Assembly (NCBI GenBank): GCA_965223845.1
Contig: CBDCXR010000004.1
Coordinates: forward strand, 608,001 to 672,000
DNA: 64,000 nt
DNA from: Planctomycetota bacterium
Lineage (GTDB): Bacteria; Planctomycetota; UBA8108; SXIK01
Reading direction: 5' to 3'
Shown piece by piece: positions 1 through 9,625 of the stretch. A program made the position numbers and the translations under genes. The notes under the pieces are model-generated. The model was not told where the DNA came from and made no database searches. It was given only the letters and a program-made list of their open reading frames with translations. Position 1 is the first letter of the stretch; the number at the start of each line of letters is the position of its first letter.

Positions 1-41
1 GGAGTAGAATCTGGTGAGGAATTCGGGCTAAACTTCGCGCG

Positions 42-1091
42 ATGAGCAAGCGTCCACGGAAGATTCTCGTCATCGCGCCGAGCTGGGTCGGCGACATCGT
101 GATGGCCACGGGACCGCTCGCCGCGCTCCGCGCGTCGGCTCCCGACGGGGAGATCGCCGTCCTCGTCCGTCCCGGCCGCGACGGCATCATCTCTGGCTCG
201 GGCGATGTCGATGAGGTCATCGTCGATCGGAGCGGGAAGCGCTGGCGGGGGCTCTGGAGGCTAGCCCGCGAACTCCGCGCGCGACGCTTCGATCTCGCCC
301 TCGTCCTCCCGAACTCCTGGCGTTCGGCGGCGCTCGCCGCGCTCGCGCGGATCCCGGCCCGCGTGGGGTACCGCCGAGACGGTCGGGGGATCCTCCTGAC
401 GGCGGGAGTCGAGTACGAGCGCGACGAGAGCGGGCGCCGCGTCCCCGTTCCGATGCCGCTCTTCTACAAGAAGCTCTTTGCGCGCGCCGGCGTCGAGGTC
501 GCTGATACGCACCCGCGTCTCGGCGTTACCGACGAGTGCGAGCGCGAAGCGACGGCGATCCGCGAGCGGCTCGGAATCGCACCGGGCGAGAAGCTCATCG
601 GTCTCAATCCCGGCGCGTCGTTCGGCGCGAGCAAGCTGTGGCCTCCCGAGTCCTTCGCGCGCGTGGCCGACGCGCTTTTCGAGGCCCGCGGGCTCCGCTC
701 GATCATCTTCCTCGGCCCCGGCGAAGAGGCGATCGGCGACGCGATCGCGGCGCACGCGTCGTCGCCCGTCATCAATACGGCGAGCGAGATCCTCGGGCTC
801 GACGTCCTCAAGCCCTTCGTCCGTGATCTCGTCCTTCTCGTGTCGACCGATACCGGACCCCGCCAGTACGCCGTCGCGTTCGGAGTCCCGGTGGTCGTCG
901 TCATGGGGCCGACGGATCCGCGCTACTCCGGGATCCATCTCGAGCGCTCGGAAGTTGTGCGCCACGACGTCCCTTGCGGGCCGTGTCACCTCAAAGTCTG
1001 TCCGATCGACCACGTCTGCATGGTCGGAATCACGCCGGAGGAGGTGCTCGAGCGGATCGCTGCGCTCGACGAACGAATCGGCGTGTTCTGA
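42..1091 (+). CDS. waaF: Lipopolysaccharide heptosyltransferase II (GT9 family)
   Basis: APSWVGDIVM N-terminus, LPNSWRS, LNPGASFGASKLWP, DTGP, GPTDP and Cys-rich C-terminus (CGPC..CP..HVCM), typical of GT9/WaaF. Confidence 0.88.
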   Translation: MSKRPRKILVIAPSWVGDIVMATGPLAALRASAPDGEIAVLVRPGRDGIISGSGDVDEVIVDRSGKRWRGLWRLARELRARRFDLALVLPNSWRSAALAALARIPARVGYRRDGRGILLTAGVEYERDESGRRVPVPMPLFYKKLFARAGVEVADTHPRLGVTDECEREATAIRERLGIAPGEKLIGLNPGASFGASKLWPPESFARVADALFEARGLRSIIFLGPGEEAIGDAIAAHASSPVINTASEILGLDVLKPFVRDLVLLVSTDTGPRQYAVAFGVPVVVVMGPTDPRYSGIHLERSEVVRHDVPCGPCHLKVCPIDHVCMVGITPEEVLERIAALDERIGVF

Positions 1092-1102
1092 TGTCGCGAC
1101 GT

Positions 1103-2077
1103 TCAACCGCGGTGAGCGGGAAACTCGACGACGACCTTGAGCGCGCCGTCCTTCTTCGCGTGGAACGTCTCGAATGCGGTCTGAATCTCCGCGAGCTCGT
1201 AGCGGTGGGTGAGAAGTGGAGCGAGGTCGATTCGGTCTTCGGAAATCCACCGCATCGCGAGGGGGAAGTCGAGGTCGAAGTCGGGATTCACGCTCGTGTG
1301 AACGCTGATGTTCTTGAAGAACAGCTTTCGCCACGCAACTTCGTGGAGCATCTCCTCCGGGACGCCGAAGAAGAGGATTCGTCCCATGTGACGGCAGAGG
1401 TCGACACAGAAATCGAGCTGCTGATTCGAGTGCCCGACCGCCTCGATCACGACGTCGGCCATGCGGTCATTCGTGAGTCGGGCGACGACCGCCGCTACGT
1501 CCTCTTTCGAGCTGTCGACGATCGTCGTTGCACCCATCGTCTCACTGCTCGCGAGCCGGCTCGCCAGTCGGTCGACGCCGATGATGTGCCGGGCGCCGAG
1601 ATTCCGGAGCGCCGCGTTGAAGATCTGCCCCATCGGGCCTTGGCCGACGACGACGACATCGAGGCCGAGAAGGTTCGGCAGCTTTCTGAGCGCGAAGATC
1701 GCGGTCCCGAGTGGTTGGGCGAGCATCGCGATCTCGGGCGGTCGGCGCGGGTCGAGCGGGATCGCCCGCTGCTCGCTGACCGCGTAGCGCTCGAACAGTC
1801 CAACCTGCCCGACCGGAACCGCGAGCACCTTGTCACCTTCGCGGAAGCGTTCGCCGTTCGTCGCGACGACCGTGCCGATCATCTCGTGCAGGGAGAGCCC
1901 GTCCTCGAGTGGATACGACGGGTGCTCGCCGGCGAAGAAGGGAAGGTCGGAACCACAGAGACAGGTGATCTCTGGCTGGAAGATGATCCGGGGTTCGTCG
2001 CCCGAATTCTCGAGGGTCGGCTCGGCGATGTCGACCAGCTCGATCTTCTCTCTCGCTACGATGCGTCCGGCTAGCAC
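1103..2077 (-). CDS. Zinc-binding alcohol dehydrogenase (MDR family)
   Basis: CGSD, HE and Rossmann GQGPMG motifs, VIEAVG, LKVVV end; GTG start at 2077 chosen because the longer ORF overlaps lysS. Confidence 0.85.
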   Translation of the reverse strand: MLAGRIVAREKIELVDIAEPTLENSGDEPRIIFQPEITCLCGSDLPFFAGEHPSYPLEDGLSLHEMIGTVVATNGERFREGDKVLAVPVGQVGLFERYAVSEQRAIPLDPRRPPEIAMLAQPLGTAIFALRKLPNLLGLDVVVVGQGPMGQIFNAALRNLGARHIIGVDRLASRLASSETMGATTIVDSSKEDVAAVVARLTNDRMADVVIEAVGHSNQQLDFCVDLCRHMGRILFFGVPEEMLHEVAWRKLFFKNISVHTSVNPDFDLDFPLAMRWISEDRIDLAPLLTHRYELAEIQTAFETFHAKKDGALKVVVEFPAHRG

Positions 2078-2180
2078 GTGGGTTCTCTCGGCGTCACTGC
2101 GTCGTTTGCTTTTCGATGGGGGGGAGTATATCCTCTCTCGCCTTTCCCGGACAGACGACCGACCTTTCGAGGCTCTTCCC

Positions 2181-3665
2181 ATGACGGTGGACCCCGAGCT
2201 CGTCGAGAAGCGCGCCGAGCTCATTCGATCCGGAACGAATCCGTATCCGTACTCGTTCGATCGTTCTCATTCGCTCGCCGAAGTCCGAGCGCAGCAGGAT
2301 GCACTCATCGATCGCGAGGTGCGCGTCGCCGGCCGCCTCGTGGCGTACCGCGGGAAGGGAAAGATGATCTTTGCCGACATCGCGGACGCGAATTCGCGTA
2401 TGCAGGTGATGTTTCGGAAGAATCACTACGACGAAGCCGCCTGGGACATCGTTCGGCGGAAGCTCGATGTCGGAGACTGGATCGGCATCACGGGGCCCGT
2501 ATTCATTACGAAGATGGGCGAGCTCACCGTCGAAGCGAAATCGACGGAGCTCCTCGCCAAGACGACCATGCGCGTCCCGATCCCGAAGTCGAAGGACGAG
2601 AAGTCCTTCTTTCAGCTCGCCGATCCCGAGACGCTGTACCGCGAGCGCTATCTCCACTGGATCACCGATCCGTCCGCGCGCGAGATCGTCGCCACGCGGG
2701 CGCGGATCATTCGCGCCATCCGGCACTTTCTCGACGAGCGAGCGTTCCTGGAAGTGACGACGCCGACCATCGAGATGAATTACGGCGGCGCCGAAGCCCG
2801 TCCGTTCGAGACGGAGATCCACGCTCTCTCCGGGCAGCGGGCCTTTCTCCGCATCTCGCCCGAGCTCCCGCTCAAGCGTTTCATCGTCGGCGGCTTCGAG
2901 AAGGTCTACACGATCTGCCAGAACTTTCGGAACGAGGGAATCGACCGCAGTCACAATCCCGAGTTCACAATGCTCGAGTGGTACGAAGCGTTCACCGACT
3001 ACCACTATCAGATGGAGCAGTTCGAGACGCTCGTCTCGACGGTCGCCGAGGAAGTGACCGGCGGAATGAAAGTGGTCTACGAGGGCACGGAGATCGATTT
3101 CACGCCGCCGTGGCGTCGATTGACGGTGCTCGATGCGCTGAAGGAGCGCGGCATCGACGCCGGGGGGATGGATGAGGCCGGTTTGCGAGCCGAGCTCACG
3201 AAGCGGGGGATCGAGGTGCCGAATCCGTTCTCGTGGGGACACGCGGTTGCCGCGCTCTTCGAGGAGCTCGTCGAACACGAACTCGTTCAGCCGACTTTCG
3301 TTTGCGATCACCCCGTAGCCATTTCCCCCCTCACGAAGGCGAAGCGGGGAGACGATCGACTCGTGGAGCGTTTCGAGCCGATGGTTGCGGGGATGGAGAT
3401 CGGGAACGCGTACAGCGAGCTCACCGATCCCATCGAGCAGCGGGCTCGACTCGAAGCTCAGCGCGATTTCGGACCGGATGATGACGGGGTCGAGCACCAC
3501 CCGCTCGACGAGGACTTCCTCAAGGCGCTCAGTTGCGGTATGCCGCCGACCGGCGGGGTCGGTCTCGGCGTCGATCGGCTCGTGATGCTCCTCACCGATC
3601 AGCACTCGATTCGCGATGTGATTCCATTTCCGATGATGCGCCGTCAGGATTCCGGCGGAGATTGA
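2181..3665 (+). CDS. lysS: Lysine--tRNA ligase (class II)
   Basis: OB-fold VAGRL/GDWIG, GGAEARPF, LRISPEL, FRNEGIDRSHNPEFTMLEWY, GMPPTGGVGLGVDRL. Confidence 0.97.
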   Translation: MTVDPELVEKRAELIRSGTNPYPYSFDRSHSLAEVRAQQDALIDREVRVAGRLVAYRGKGKMIFADIADANSRMQVMFRKNHYDEAAWDIVRRKLDVGDWIGITGPVFITKMGELTVEAKSTELLAKTTMRVPIPKSKDEKSFFQLADPETLYRERYLHWITDPSAREIVATRARIIRAIRHFLDERAFLEVTTPTIEMNYGGAEARPFETEIHALSGQRAFLRISPELPLKRFIVGGFEKVYTICQNFRNEGIDRSHNPEFTMLEWYEAFTDYHYQMEQFETLVSTVAEEVTGGMKVVYEGTEIDFTPPWRRLTVLDALKERGIDAGGMDEAGLRAELTKRGIEVPNPFSWGHAVAALFEELVEHELVQPTFVCDHPVAISPLTKAKRGDDRLVERFEPMVAGMEIGNAYSELTDPIEQRARLEAQRDFGPDDDGVEHHPLDEDFLKALSCGMPPTGGVGLGVDRLVMLLTDQHSIRDVIPFPMMRRQDSGGD

Positions 3666-3775
3666 GCCGGCTCCGAAGCGCGGAGCGTTCGTCGTGCGCA
3701 GAGGTCGCGAGAACGGCGGCGATCGGCGAGAATTCGTCCGTCGCTCCTTCGCCTCGTCCGCGAGATAATCGGTTC

Positions 3776-5677
3776 ATGCTGATCTCCGCGCGTTCGATCG
3801 CCATTCTCGGGATCCTGGGGCTCCTCAGCGGGGGCCTTGCCCTCGCGACGAACGAAGAACCGCGCGAGGCCGGTGAGACGATCGAGCTTCCGCGCCGGCT
3901 CGAGGGTGTCACCGGTCCGCTCGATTGGGTGTTCGAGCGCGTCGAGACCGGCTCCGATCCGTTCGTCTCGGAAGAGGTCCACGATCGCATCGCGACCGCG
4001 ATCGAGCGCTGGCTGACGTACGTCCGGGAGGATCGATCGGAATCTTTCGTCGGCCCGCTCCCGCCCGAGGAGCCGTTGCCACCCGATGATCCGCTGCGCG
4101 CATTCCTCGCCGCGTCGTTTTCCGCTGAGCACCCCGCGCCGAGTCCGTTGGAGAGGCGATACGATCGGGGCGGGCTCGTTGTCGAGCGCGCGCGATTTCG
4201 TGCGGCGGGTCGTCCCGGATCGGATCCGGTGAGAGTGGGAGCGCGGTCTCTCCATCGCGCCCTCCGCACTCAGTTCGCGTGGCTGGGGACGCCGCGGGAC
4301 ACGAGACGGAAAATCGTACGCGTTCGCGTCGGGCGAGACGATCGTTCCGCGACGGTCCGCATCCTTTGCGAAGCGGACGGGATCGTTTCGTCGGCGCTCG
4401 GGACTGCGCCCGGCCGGCGCCAGTTCCGCGCGATCTGGGACCTCGACTGGATCCGCGAGCCGGTGGGGTGGCGACTCGCGCGCTTGAAACCGATCGCGTT
4501 CGAGCGCGCAGCCTGGCGCTCTCCGCCGTTCGCCGACGTCACCCGTCCGGCGTTCGGCGAGATCCCCGCGTTTCGGGATCAGCTTGCGCTCGGCACCGAT
4601 GCTTGGCGTGCGCGTCTCGACTCGGCGACGGGGATCGACATCTACGGCCACCAAGGCGTGAGCGTTGGCGATTACGACGGTGACGGTTGGGAAGATCTCT
4701 ACGTCGCGCAGCCGGCGGGCCTTCCGAATCGCCTCCTTCGCAACCGCGGGGACGGGAGCTTCGAGGACCGAACGCGCGGGTCCGGTCTCGATGTTCTCGA
4801 CGTCACCGGCGGCAGCCTGTGGATCGAGCTCGACGAGGACGGTGACGAAGACCTGGTGGTTGCGACGGGGCTCGCAGTGCTCGTGTTCGAGAACCGCGGT
4901 CGCGGAACGTTCCGCCACCGGGCCGATGCGCTCGCCGGAGCTTCGTCCGACGGTGCGTCGGCGATGGGCTGCGCGGCGAGTGACTACGACGGCGACGGCG
5001 ACCTCGACCTCTACGTCTACAGCTATCTCTTCTGGGCCGGCGCCGGCGCGAAGAGTCAGAGCACGTATCCGTACCCGTACCACGATGCGAACAACGGCGC
5101 GCCGAACGCCCTCTTTCGAAACGATGGCGGCTTTCGATTCACCGACGTCACCCGGGCCGCCGGAATGGAGCGCGCGAATCGACGCTTTTCCTTCGCGGCT
5201 TCGTGGTGCGACTACGACGAGGATGGCGATCCGGATCTCTACGTCGCGAATGACTTCGGCTCGAACAATCTCTACCGCAATCGCGGTGACGGCCGCTTCG
5301 ACGAGGTCGCCCGCGAGAGCGGCGTCCTCGATACGGGGAACGGGATGAGCGTCACCTGGGAGGATGTCGACGGCGACGGCCGCTTCGATCTCTACGTCGG
5401 GAACATGTGGTCGTCGGCCGGCGCGCGCCTTTCCGAGCAAGCTCGCTTCCGCGAGTCGAGCGGCGATCTCCAATCGCTCTACCGCCGAATGTCGCGCGGC
5501 AATTCGCTGTTCCGCAATCGCGGCGATGGCGGCTTCGACGACATCACCACACAGAGCGGAGCCGCCTTCGGGCGTTGGTCGTGGTCGGCGCAGTTTCTCG
5601 ATCACGACGGCGACGGTCGGCGCGAGCTCTACGTCGCGAACGGGTTCGTGACGAACACGGAGAAGCGCGATTTGTGA
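3776..5677 (+). CDS. FG-GAP repeat (CRTAC1/ASPIC-UnbV family) secreted protein, N-terminal part; ends at an in-frame TGA that is probably recoded
   Basis: Signal peptide MLISARSIAILGILGLLSGGLALA; repeated DxDxDGxxDLYV motifs; ORF stops mid-propeller at ELYVANGFVTNTEKRDL*. Confidence 0.85.
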   Translation: MLISARSIAILGILGLLSGGLALATNEEPREAGETIELPRRLEGVTGPLDWVFERVETGSDPFVSEEVHDRIATAIERWLTYVREDRSESFVGPLPPEEPLPPDDPLRAFLAASFSAEHPAPSPLERRYDRGGLVVERARFRAAGRPGSDPVRVGARSLHRALRTQFAWLGTPRDTRRKIVRVRVGRDDRSATVRILCEADGIVSSALGTAPGRRQFRAIWDLDWIREPVGWRLARLKPIAFERAAWRSPPFADVTRPAFGEIPAFRDQLALGTDAWRARLDSATGIDIYGHQGVSVGDYDGDGWEDLYVAQPAGLPNRLLRNRGDGSFEDRTRGSGLDVLDVTGGSLWIELDEDGDEDLVVATGLAVLVFENRGRGTFRHRADALAGASSDGASAMGCAASDYDGDGDLDLYVYSYLFWAGAGAKSQSTYPYPYHDANNGAPNALFRNDGGFRFTDVTRAAGMERANRRFSFAASWCDYDEDGDPDLYVANDFGSNNLYRNRGDGRFDEVARESGVLDTGNGMSVTWEDVDGDGRFDLYVGNMWSSAGARLSEQARFRESSGDLQSLYRRMSRGNSLFRNRGDGGFDDITTQSGAAFGRWSWSAQFLDHDGDGRRELYVANGFVTNTEKRDL

Positions 5678-5719
5678 AGTTTCTTCTGGCGGCAGGTCGT
5701 GCCGCGCGCCACGGGGAGA
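5675..5719 (+). promoter_or_regulatory. In-frame UGA plus candidate bacterial SECIS element
   Basis: TGA 5675-5677, 11-nt spacer, stem GCGGCA (5689-5694) / TGCCGC (5700-5705) with loop GGTCG; lower stem TTTCTTC (5680-5686) / GGGGAGA (5713-5719); core GCAGGTC matches the E. coli fdhF SECIS apex. Confidence 0.7.
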
Positions 5720-7798
5720 GCGACGTCGCTCAGTCGCTACGAGGAGACTTGGGAAGCGATCAACCGGATGATCCGCCGGGGCGGCTCGTGGTCCGGTCTC
5801 GAGCGCAACTGCTTCTTCGCGCGCAGTGACGACGGCGGTTTCCTCAACGTGTCGGGGGCGTCGGGGCTCGACGTGCTCCAGGACGGGCGCGCGGTTTGCG
5901 TGTTCGATTACGACCGTGACGGCGATCCGGATCTCGTGCTCAAGAGCCGCGATGCGCCGCAGCTTCGACTCTGGCGGAACGAAACGAACGCGGCGGAGCG
6001 ATGGCTCTCGATTCGACTCGAGGGCGCGGGCGCCGGCCGATCGAATCGATCGGCGATCGGTGCGCGCGTCGAGGCCCGATCCGCCGGGCGCGTCCAGGTA
6101 CAGGAAGTTCGCGCGGGCTCCGGCTTTCTATCCCAGAATTCGAAGACGCTTCGATTCGGCGGCGGCGATGCTCGAGCGTTCGCGCTCACCGTCCGCTGGC
6201 CGAGCGGAGAGACGCAGCGATTCGACGATGTCTCGACCGGTCGCGCCTACATCCTCCGCGAAGGGAAGGCGCTCTCGGAGGACCGCCGCGTTGAGCTCCC
6301 CGGGGCACGCGGCGATGCTGCGCTCGTCGGCGGAGCCGCGGAGGACGCTTCCCGCGGCGAGGGGGCCGATGAGGTCGATTCCGGGCGTGCGGCTCGAGCG
6401 GCGCGTGCGGAGTCGGAAACCGTCCTCGTCGAACCCCTCGCCGTGCCGCCCGTCGAGCTGCGTCGCGCCGACGGCGGTCCGTTTCGCTTCGACTCTCTCC
6501 GCGGCGAGTGGACGGTCCTTACCCTTTGGTCCGAAACCTGTGCCGCATGTCTCGCCGAGTTTGCCGAGTGGCGCGCGGCGCGCGACGTGGACTCCGCCGT
6601 TCGCTGGGTCGCGCTCTCGCGCTGGCCCGAGGACGGCGAGAACTCGCTCGCGATCGCGGCTCGGCGTGCCGAGCGCGCGCAATCCTACGGCGCTGAGCCC
6701 CTTTTTGTCTCGGAGAGGTCACTTCTGATCTTCGCGATTCTCTTCGAGGAGGTCGCGCGCTGGCCGCGCGACCTCGCGTTGCCGTCGAGTGTGCTCATCG
6801 ACCCCAACGGAAACCTCGTCCGACTCTACCGCGGTCGGGTTCCGTGGCCCGTTCTAGCGGCGGCGGTCGCCGAAGAGCAGCGTCCGGGGTGGGACCGGAT
6901 CGCCGGCGCGCTTCCTTTTCCCGGCCGCTACTTCGCGACATCGCTCCGCCGGAGCTATTTTCAACTCGGGGTACAGCTCGTCGAAGCTGGACTCGACGAA
7001 GCCCGCTGGGCGTTTGGACTCGCGCTCGATCGCCGTCCCGGCGATGTCGACACGCTCTACAACCTCGCTGTGATTCTTCAAGAGAGCGGCGAAGACGCAC
7101 GCGCGCTCGAGCTCTACGACGAGATCGTCCGCCTGCGGCGCGATTTCGTCGACGCCTGGGTGAATCGCGGCGTGCTTCTGGCGGAGTCCGAGCAATTCGA
7201 GGCCGCGCTCGCGTCGTTCTCCGAGGCGATCGCGCGGCGACCCGACCACGCCGAGGCGCGCGTCAACGCGGGAAACGTGTATCTCCGCCTTGGGCGAGTC
7301 GAAGACGCGCTCGCCGCCTACCTGAAGGCGGTCGAGCTCGAGCCCGAGCTCGGCGGACTCCGCAAGAATCTCGGCTCGCTCTACCGGCGTCTCGGTGACT
7401 TGCCACGCGCGCTCGAGGCCTACCGCGCCGCCGTCGATCTCGACCCGCGCGACGGCGATGGCTGGAGCGTTCTCGGCGCGGTCCACGCGCAGATGGGCGA
7501 CCTCGAGCGCGCGGTCGTCGCGCTCGAACGGGCCGTCGAGGTCGACCCGCGCTCGGCCGGGGCGCGCAACAATCTCGCCCTCGTCTACCAAGGGCTCGGG
7601 CGAACGCGCGATGCGATTCGCGAGCTCGAGCGCGCGGTCGAGCTCGCACCGAGTTTACCGGCCGCGAGCGTCAACCTCGCGCGCGCCTACGCGCGTGAGG
7701 GTCGAGTCGCGCCGGCGCGGCGCGTGCTCGAGGCACTTCTCGAGAGGGTACCGGACCATCCCGCCGCGCGGCGACTCCTAGAGGGGCTGCCGCGTTGA
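5678..7798 (+). CDS. C-terminal part of the same protein: last FG-GAP blades, ASPIC/UnbV domain, thioredoxin-like CxxC domain, TPR array
   Basis: Same frame as the upstream ORF; SWSGLERN, DYDRDGDPDL, SNRSAIGARV..GSGFLSQNS..VRWPSG (ASPIC/UnbV), LWSETCAAC, several TPRs; no RBS before the GTG at 5699. Confidence 0.85.
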   Translation, partial: SFFWRQVVPRATGRATSLSRYEETWEAINRMIRRGGSWSGLERNCFFARSDDGGFLNVSGASGLDVLQDGRAVCVFDYDRDGDPDLVLKSRDAPQLRLWRNETNAAERWLSIRLEGAGAGRSNRSAIGARVEARSAGRVQVQEVRAGSGFLSQNSKTLRFGGGDARAFALTVRWPSGETQRFDDVSTGRAYILREGKALSEDRRVELPGARGDAALVGGAAEDASRGEGADEVDSGRAARAARAESETVLVEPLAVPPVELRRADGGPFRFDSLRGEWTVLTLWSETCAACLAEFAEWRAARDVDSAVRWVALSRWPEDGENSLAIAARRAERAQSYGAEPLFVSERSLLIFAILFEEVARWPRDLALPSSVLIDPNGNLVRLYRGRVPWPVLAAAVAEEQRPGWDRIAGALPFPGRYFATSLRRSYFQLGVQLVEAGLDEARWAFGLALDRRPGDVDTLYNLAVILQESGEDARALELYDEIVRLRRDFVDAWVNRGVLLAESEQFEAALASFSEAIARRPDHAEARVNAGNVYLRLGRVEDALAAYLKAVELEPELGGLRKNLGSLYRRLGDLPRALEAYRAAVDLDPRDGDGWSVLGAVHAQMGDLERAVVALERAVEVDPRSAGARNNLALVYQGLGRTRDAIRELERAVELAPSLPAASVNLARAYAREGRVAPARRVLEALLERVPDHPAARRLLEGLPR

Positions 7799-7827
7799 CG
7801 AGGCTTCCGCGCCGTGATCCGCTCGGC

Positions 7828-9105
7828 CTACTTCGGCGCGGCAGCGGTCTCGGAGAGGATCTCGTTGTCGAACGAGATTCCGACGAACCCGATCATCATC
7901 TCCTCCCAGGTCTGGTCGCCCCAGCGGACTTCCTGGTCGGGATTCGGATTGAACGGATTCTCCTTCGAGTTGTCGTACACCGCCGTGCACTTGATCACCC
8001 AATCACGCTTGGCGTCGATCGGAGTCGCTAGCTCGTAGGCGTGCTGCCAGTTGAAGTCGTACTCGGGAACATCGAGGACGATCTCCGAGCTGCCGTCCGG
8101 CCGGATGATCTCGTAACGAAAGCTCTTGCCGCGAAGGTGCATGTGCGGCTGGAAGCCGTAGATCGTCCCGGGGCGGCGAAACCGGTAGCTGGCCGTCGAC
8201 TCGTACGCGCTCGCACCCGGAGGGATGCGAAGCCGGTGATTCATGACTGCGCGGAGGCGCATGCGGCGCTTCGGCGGTTCCTTCGCGAAGATGAGTCCGA
8301 CCGAGGACTGATCGAACTCTTCCTTCCCGGTCGGCGTGTAGTGCAGCTGGAGGAGAAGCTGCGAACCCGCCTTGACGAACTTTGCGGCGCCGTCCGGGTA
8401 CACATCGGGAGGAGTACCGGGAGCCATTCCGCAGAGATGGTTCTGCCAAAGATTGCGAATGCGCTTTCCGGGCTCCTGCACGAAGACGAGGATGTGGTGA
8501 ACGACCGCGGGGTTTCCCGGTCTCGCCTCGCCCGCGACGATCCACTTGTCTTCCTTGAAGTTCGTCGGGATCGTGATGTACTGATAGCGAATCGTGCCTT
8601 CCGCCTTGACGCGGAATTTCTTCGGCATGGTGAACACCACGTCGGGCTCGCCGATCCGCCATCCTTTGACGAACTTTTTCGGCGGCGGCAGATCCTTTGG
8701 GTCTCCTTCGACGGCGCCGTCGTCGACCCACTTCACGATCGTGTCGATCTCTGCGCTCGAGAGACGCGGGTCGTTCTTGAACTTGCCGTAGGCCGGATTC
8801 GCTCCCCACGGCGGCATCGACTTGTCCGCCACGTACTTCTTGATCGACTTCGCCCACGGGCGCGCGTCTTCGAACGTGAGGAGAGACATCGGTGCGACTT
8901 CACCGTCTCGATGGCAATCCTGGCAGGCCTTCTGAAAGATCGGGGCGATGTCTTTCGCGAATGTGACCTTCTTCGGTGCCGCACTCACCGGCTCTGCCGG
9001 AGCGGCCTCGATTCGGAGGGACGCTCCGACGACCATCGCGCAGCAAATCGCCGCCGGCGCGGCAAACGACAGGGCGGGGGACAGATTCCCGATCATGCTT
9101 CTCAT
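7828..9105 (-). CDS. Secreted c-type heme plus copper type II ascorbate-dependent monooxygenase-like protein
   Basis: Signal peptide, CQDCH heme motif, MPPW, VVHHIL, HMHLRG, YDFNWQ, EEMM; start 9105 or 9096. Confidence 0.8.
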   Translation of the reverse strand: MRSMIGNLSPALSFAAPAAICCAMVVGASLRIEAAPAEPVSAAPKKVTFAKDIAPIFQKACQDCHRDGEVAPMSLLTFEDARPWAKSIKKYVADKSMPPWGANPAYGKFKNDPRLSSAEIDTIVKWVDDGAVEGDPKDLPPPKKFVKGWRIGEPDVVFTMPKKFRVKAEGTIRYQYITIPTNFKEDKWIVAGEARPGNPAVVHHILVFVQEPGKRIRNLWQNHLCGMAPGTPPDVYPDGAAKFVKAGSQLLLQLHYTPTGKEEFDQSSVGLIFAKEPPKRRMRLRAVMNHRLRIPPGASAYESTASYRFRRPGTIYGFQPHMHLRGKSFRYEIIRPDGSSEIVLDVPEYDFNWQHAYELATPIDAKRDWVIKCTAVYDNSKENPFNPNPDQEVRWGDQTWEEMMIGFVGISFDNEILSETAAAPK

Positions 9106-9271
9106 AGTCCTTTGAGTCTCCTTTGGATTAGGATTCTCCGGTGCTTTAGATCCCGAGTCCACTCCGCGCTTGTCGGTTTTTGTCCGTTCTCGGGACGCGC
9201 ATGCGGCAATCGCCCGACGCTCGCGACGATTCGCGTGATGCACGGGCCGGAGACGAGTGAGGATTCGGTTC

Positions 9272-9607
9272 ATGACGACCCTGTTTCAAAAGATCATCGA
9301 CCGCGAAATCCCCGCGGACATCGTCTACGAGGATGATGACGCGCTCGCGTTTCGCGACATTCAGCCGCAGGCGCCGACGCACGTCCTCGTGATCCCGAAG
9401 AAGCCGATCGCGAAGATCGCCGACATGACGGAGGACGATCGCGCGATCCTCGGCCACGTTCTCTGGGTCGCCCGAACCGTCGCCGCGGAGGCGGGACTCG
9501 AGGACTACCGTCTCGTCATCAACAGCGGAGAAGGCGCCGGACAGACGGTGTTCCATCTTCACGTCCACGTCCTCGGCGGACGGCCGATGGCGTGGCCCCC
9601 GGGCTAG
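9272..9607 (+). CDS. hinT: Histidine triad (HIT) nucleotide-binding protein
   Basis: TLFQKIIDREIPA, PQAPTHVLVIPK, GQTVFHLHVHVLGGR..WPPG. Confidence 0.93.
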   Translation: MTTLFQKIIDREIPADIVYEDDDALAFRDIQPQAPTHVLVIPKKPIAKIADMTEDDRAILGHVLWVARTVAAEAGLEDYRLVINSGEGAGQTVFHLHVHVLGGRPMAWPPG

Positions 9608-9625
9608 GACCCCACTCGGCGGTGA

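Noticed and set aside
5675-5677. Genome-wide UGA reassignment (Trp or Gly) as the explanation for the in-frame TGA
   Set aside because: TGA ends many complete genes here (waaF, lysS, trpE, trpG, trpD, trpC, uvrA), often in ATGA/GTGA overlaps.
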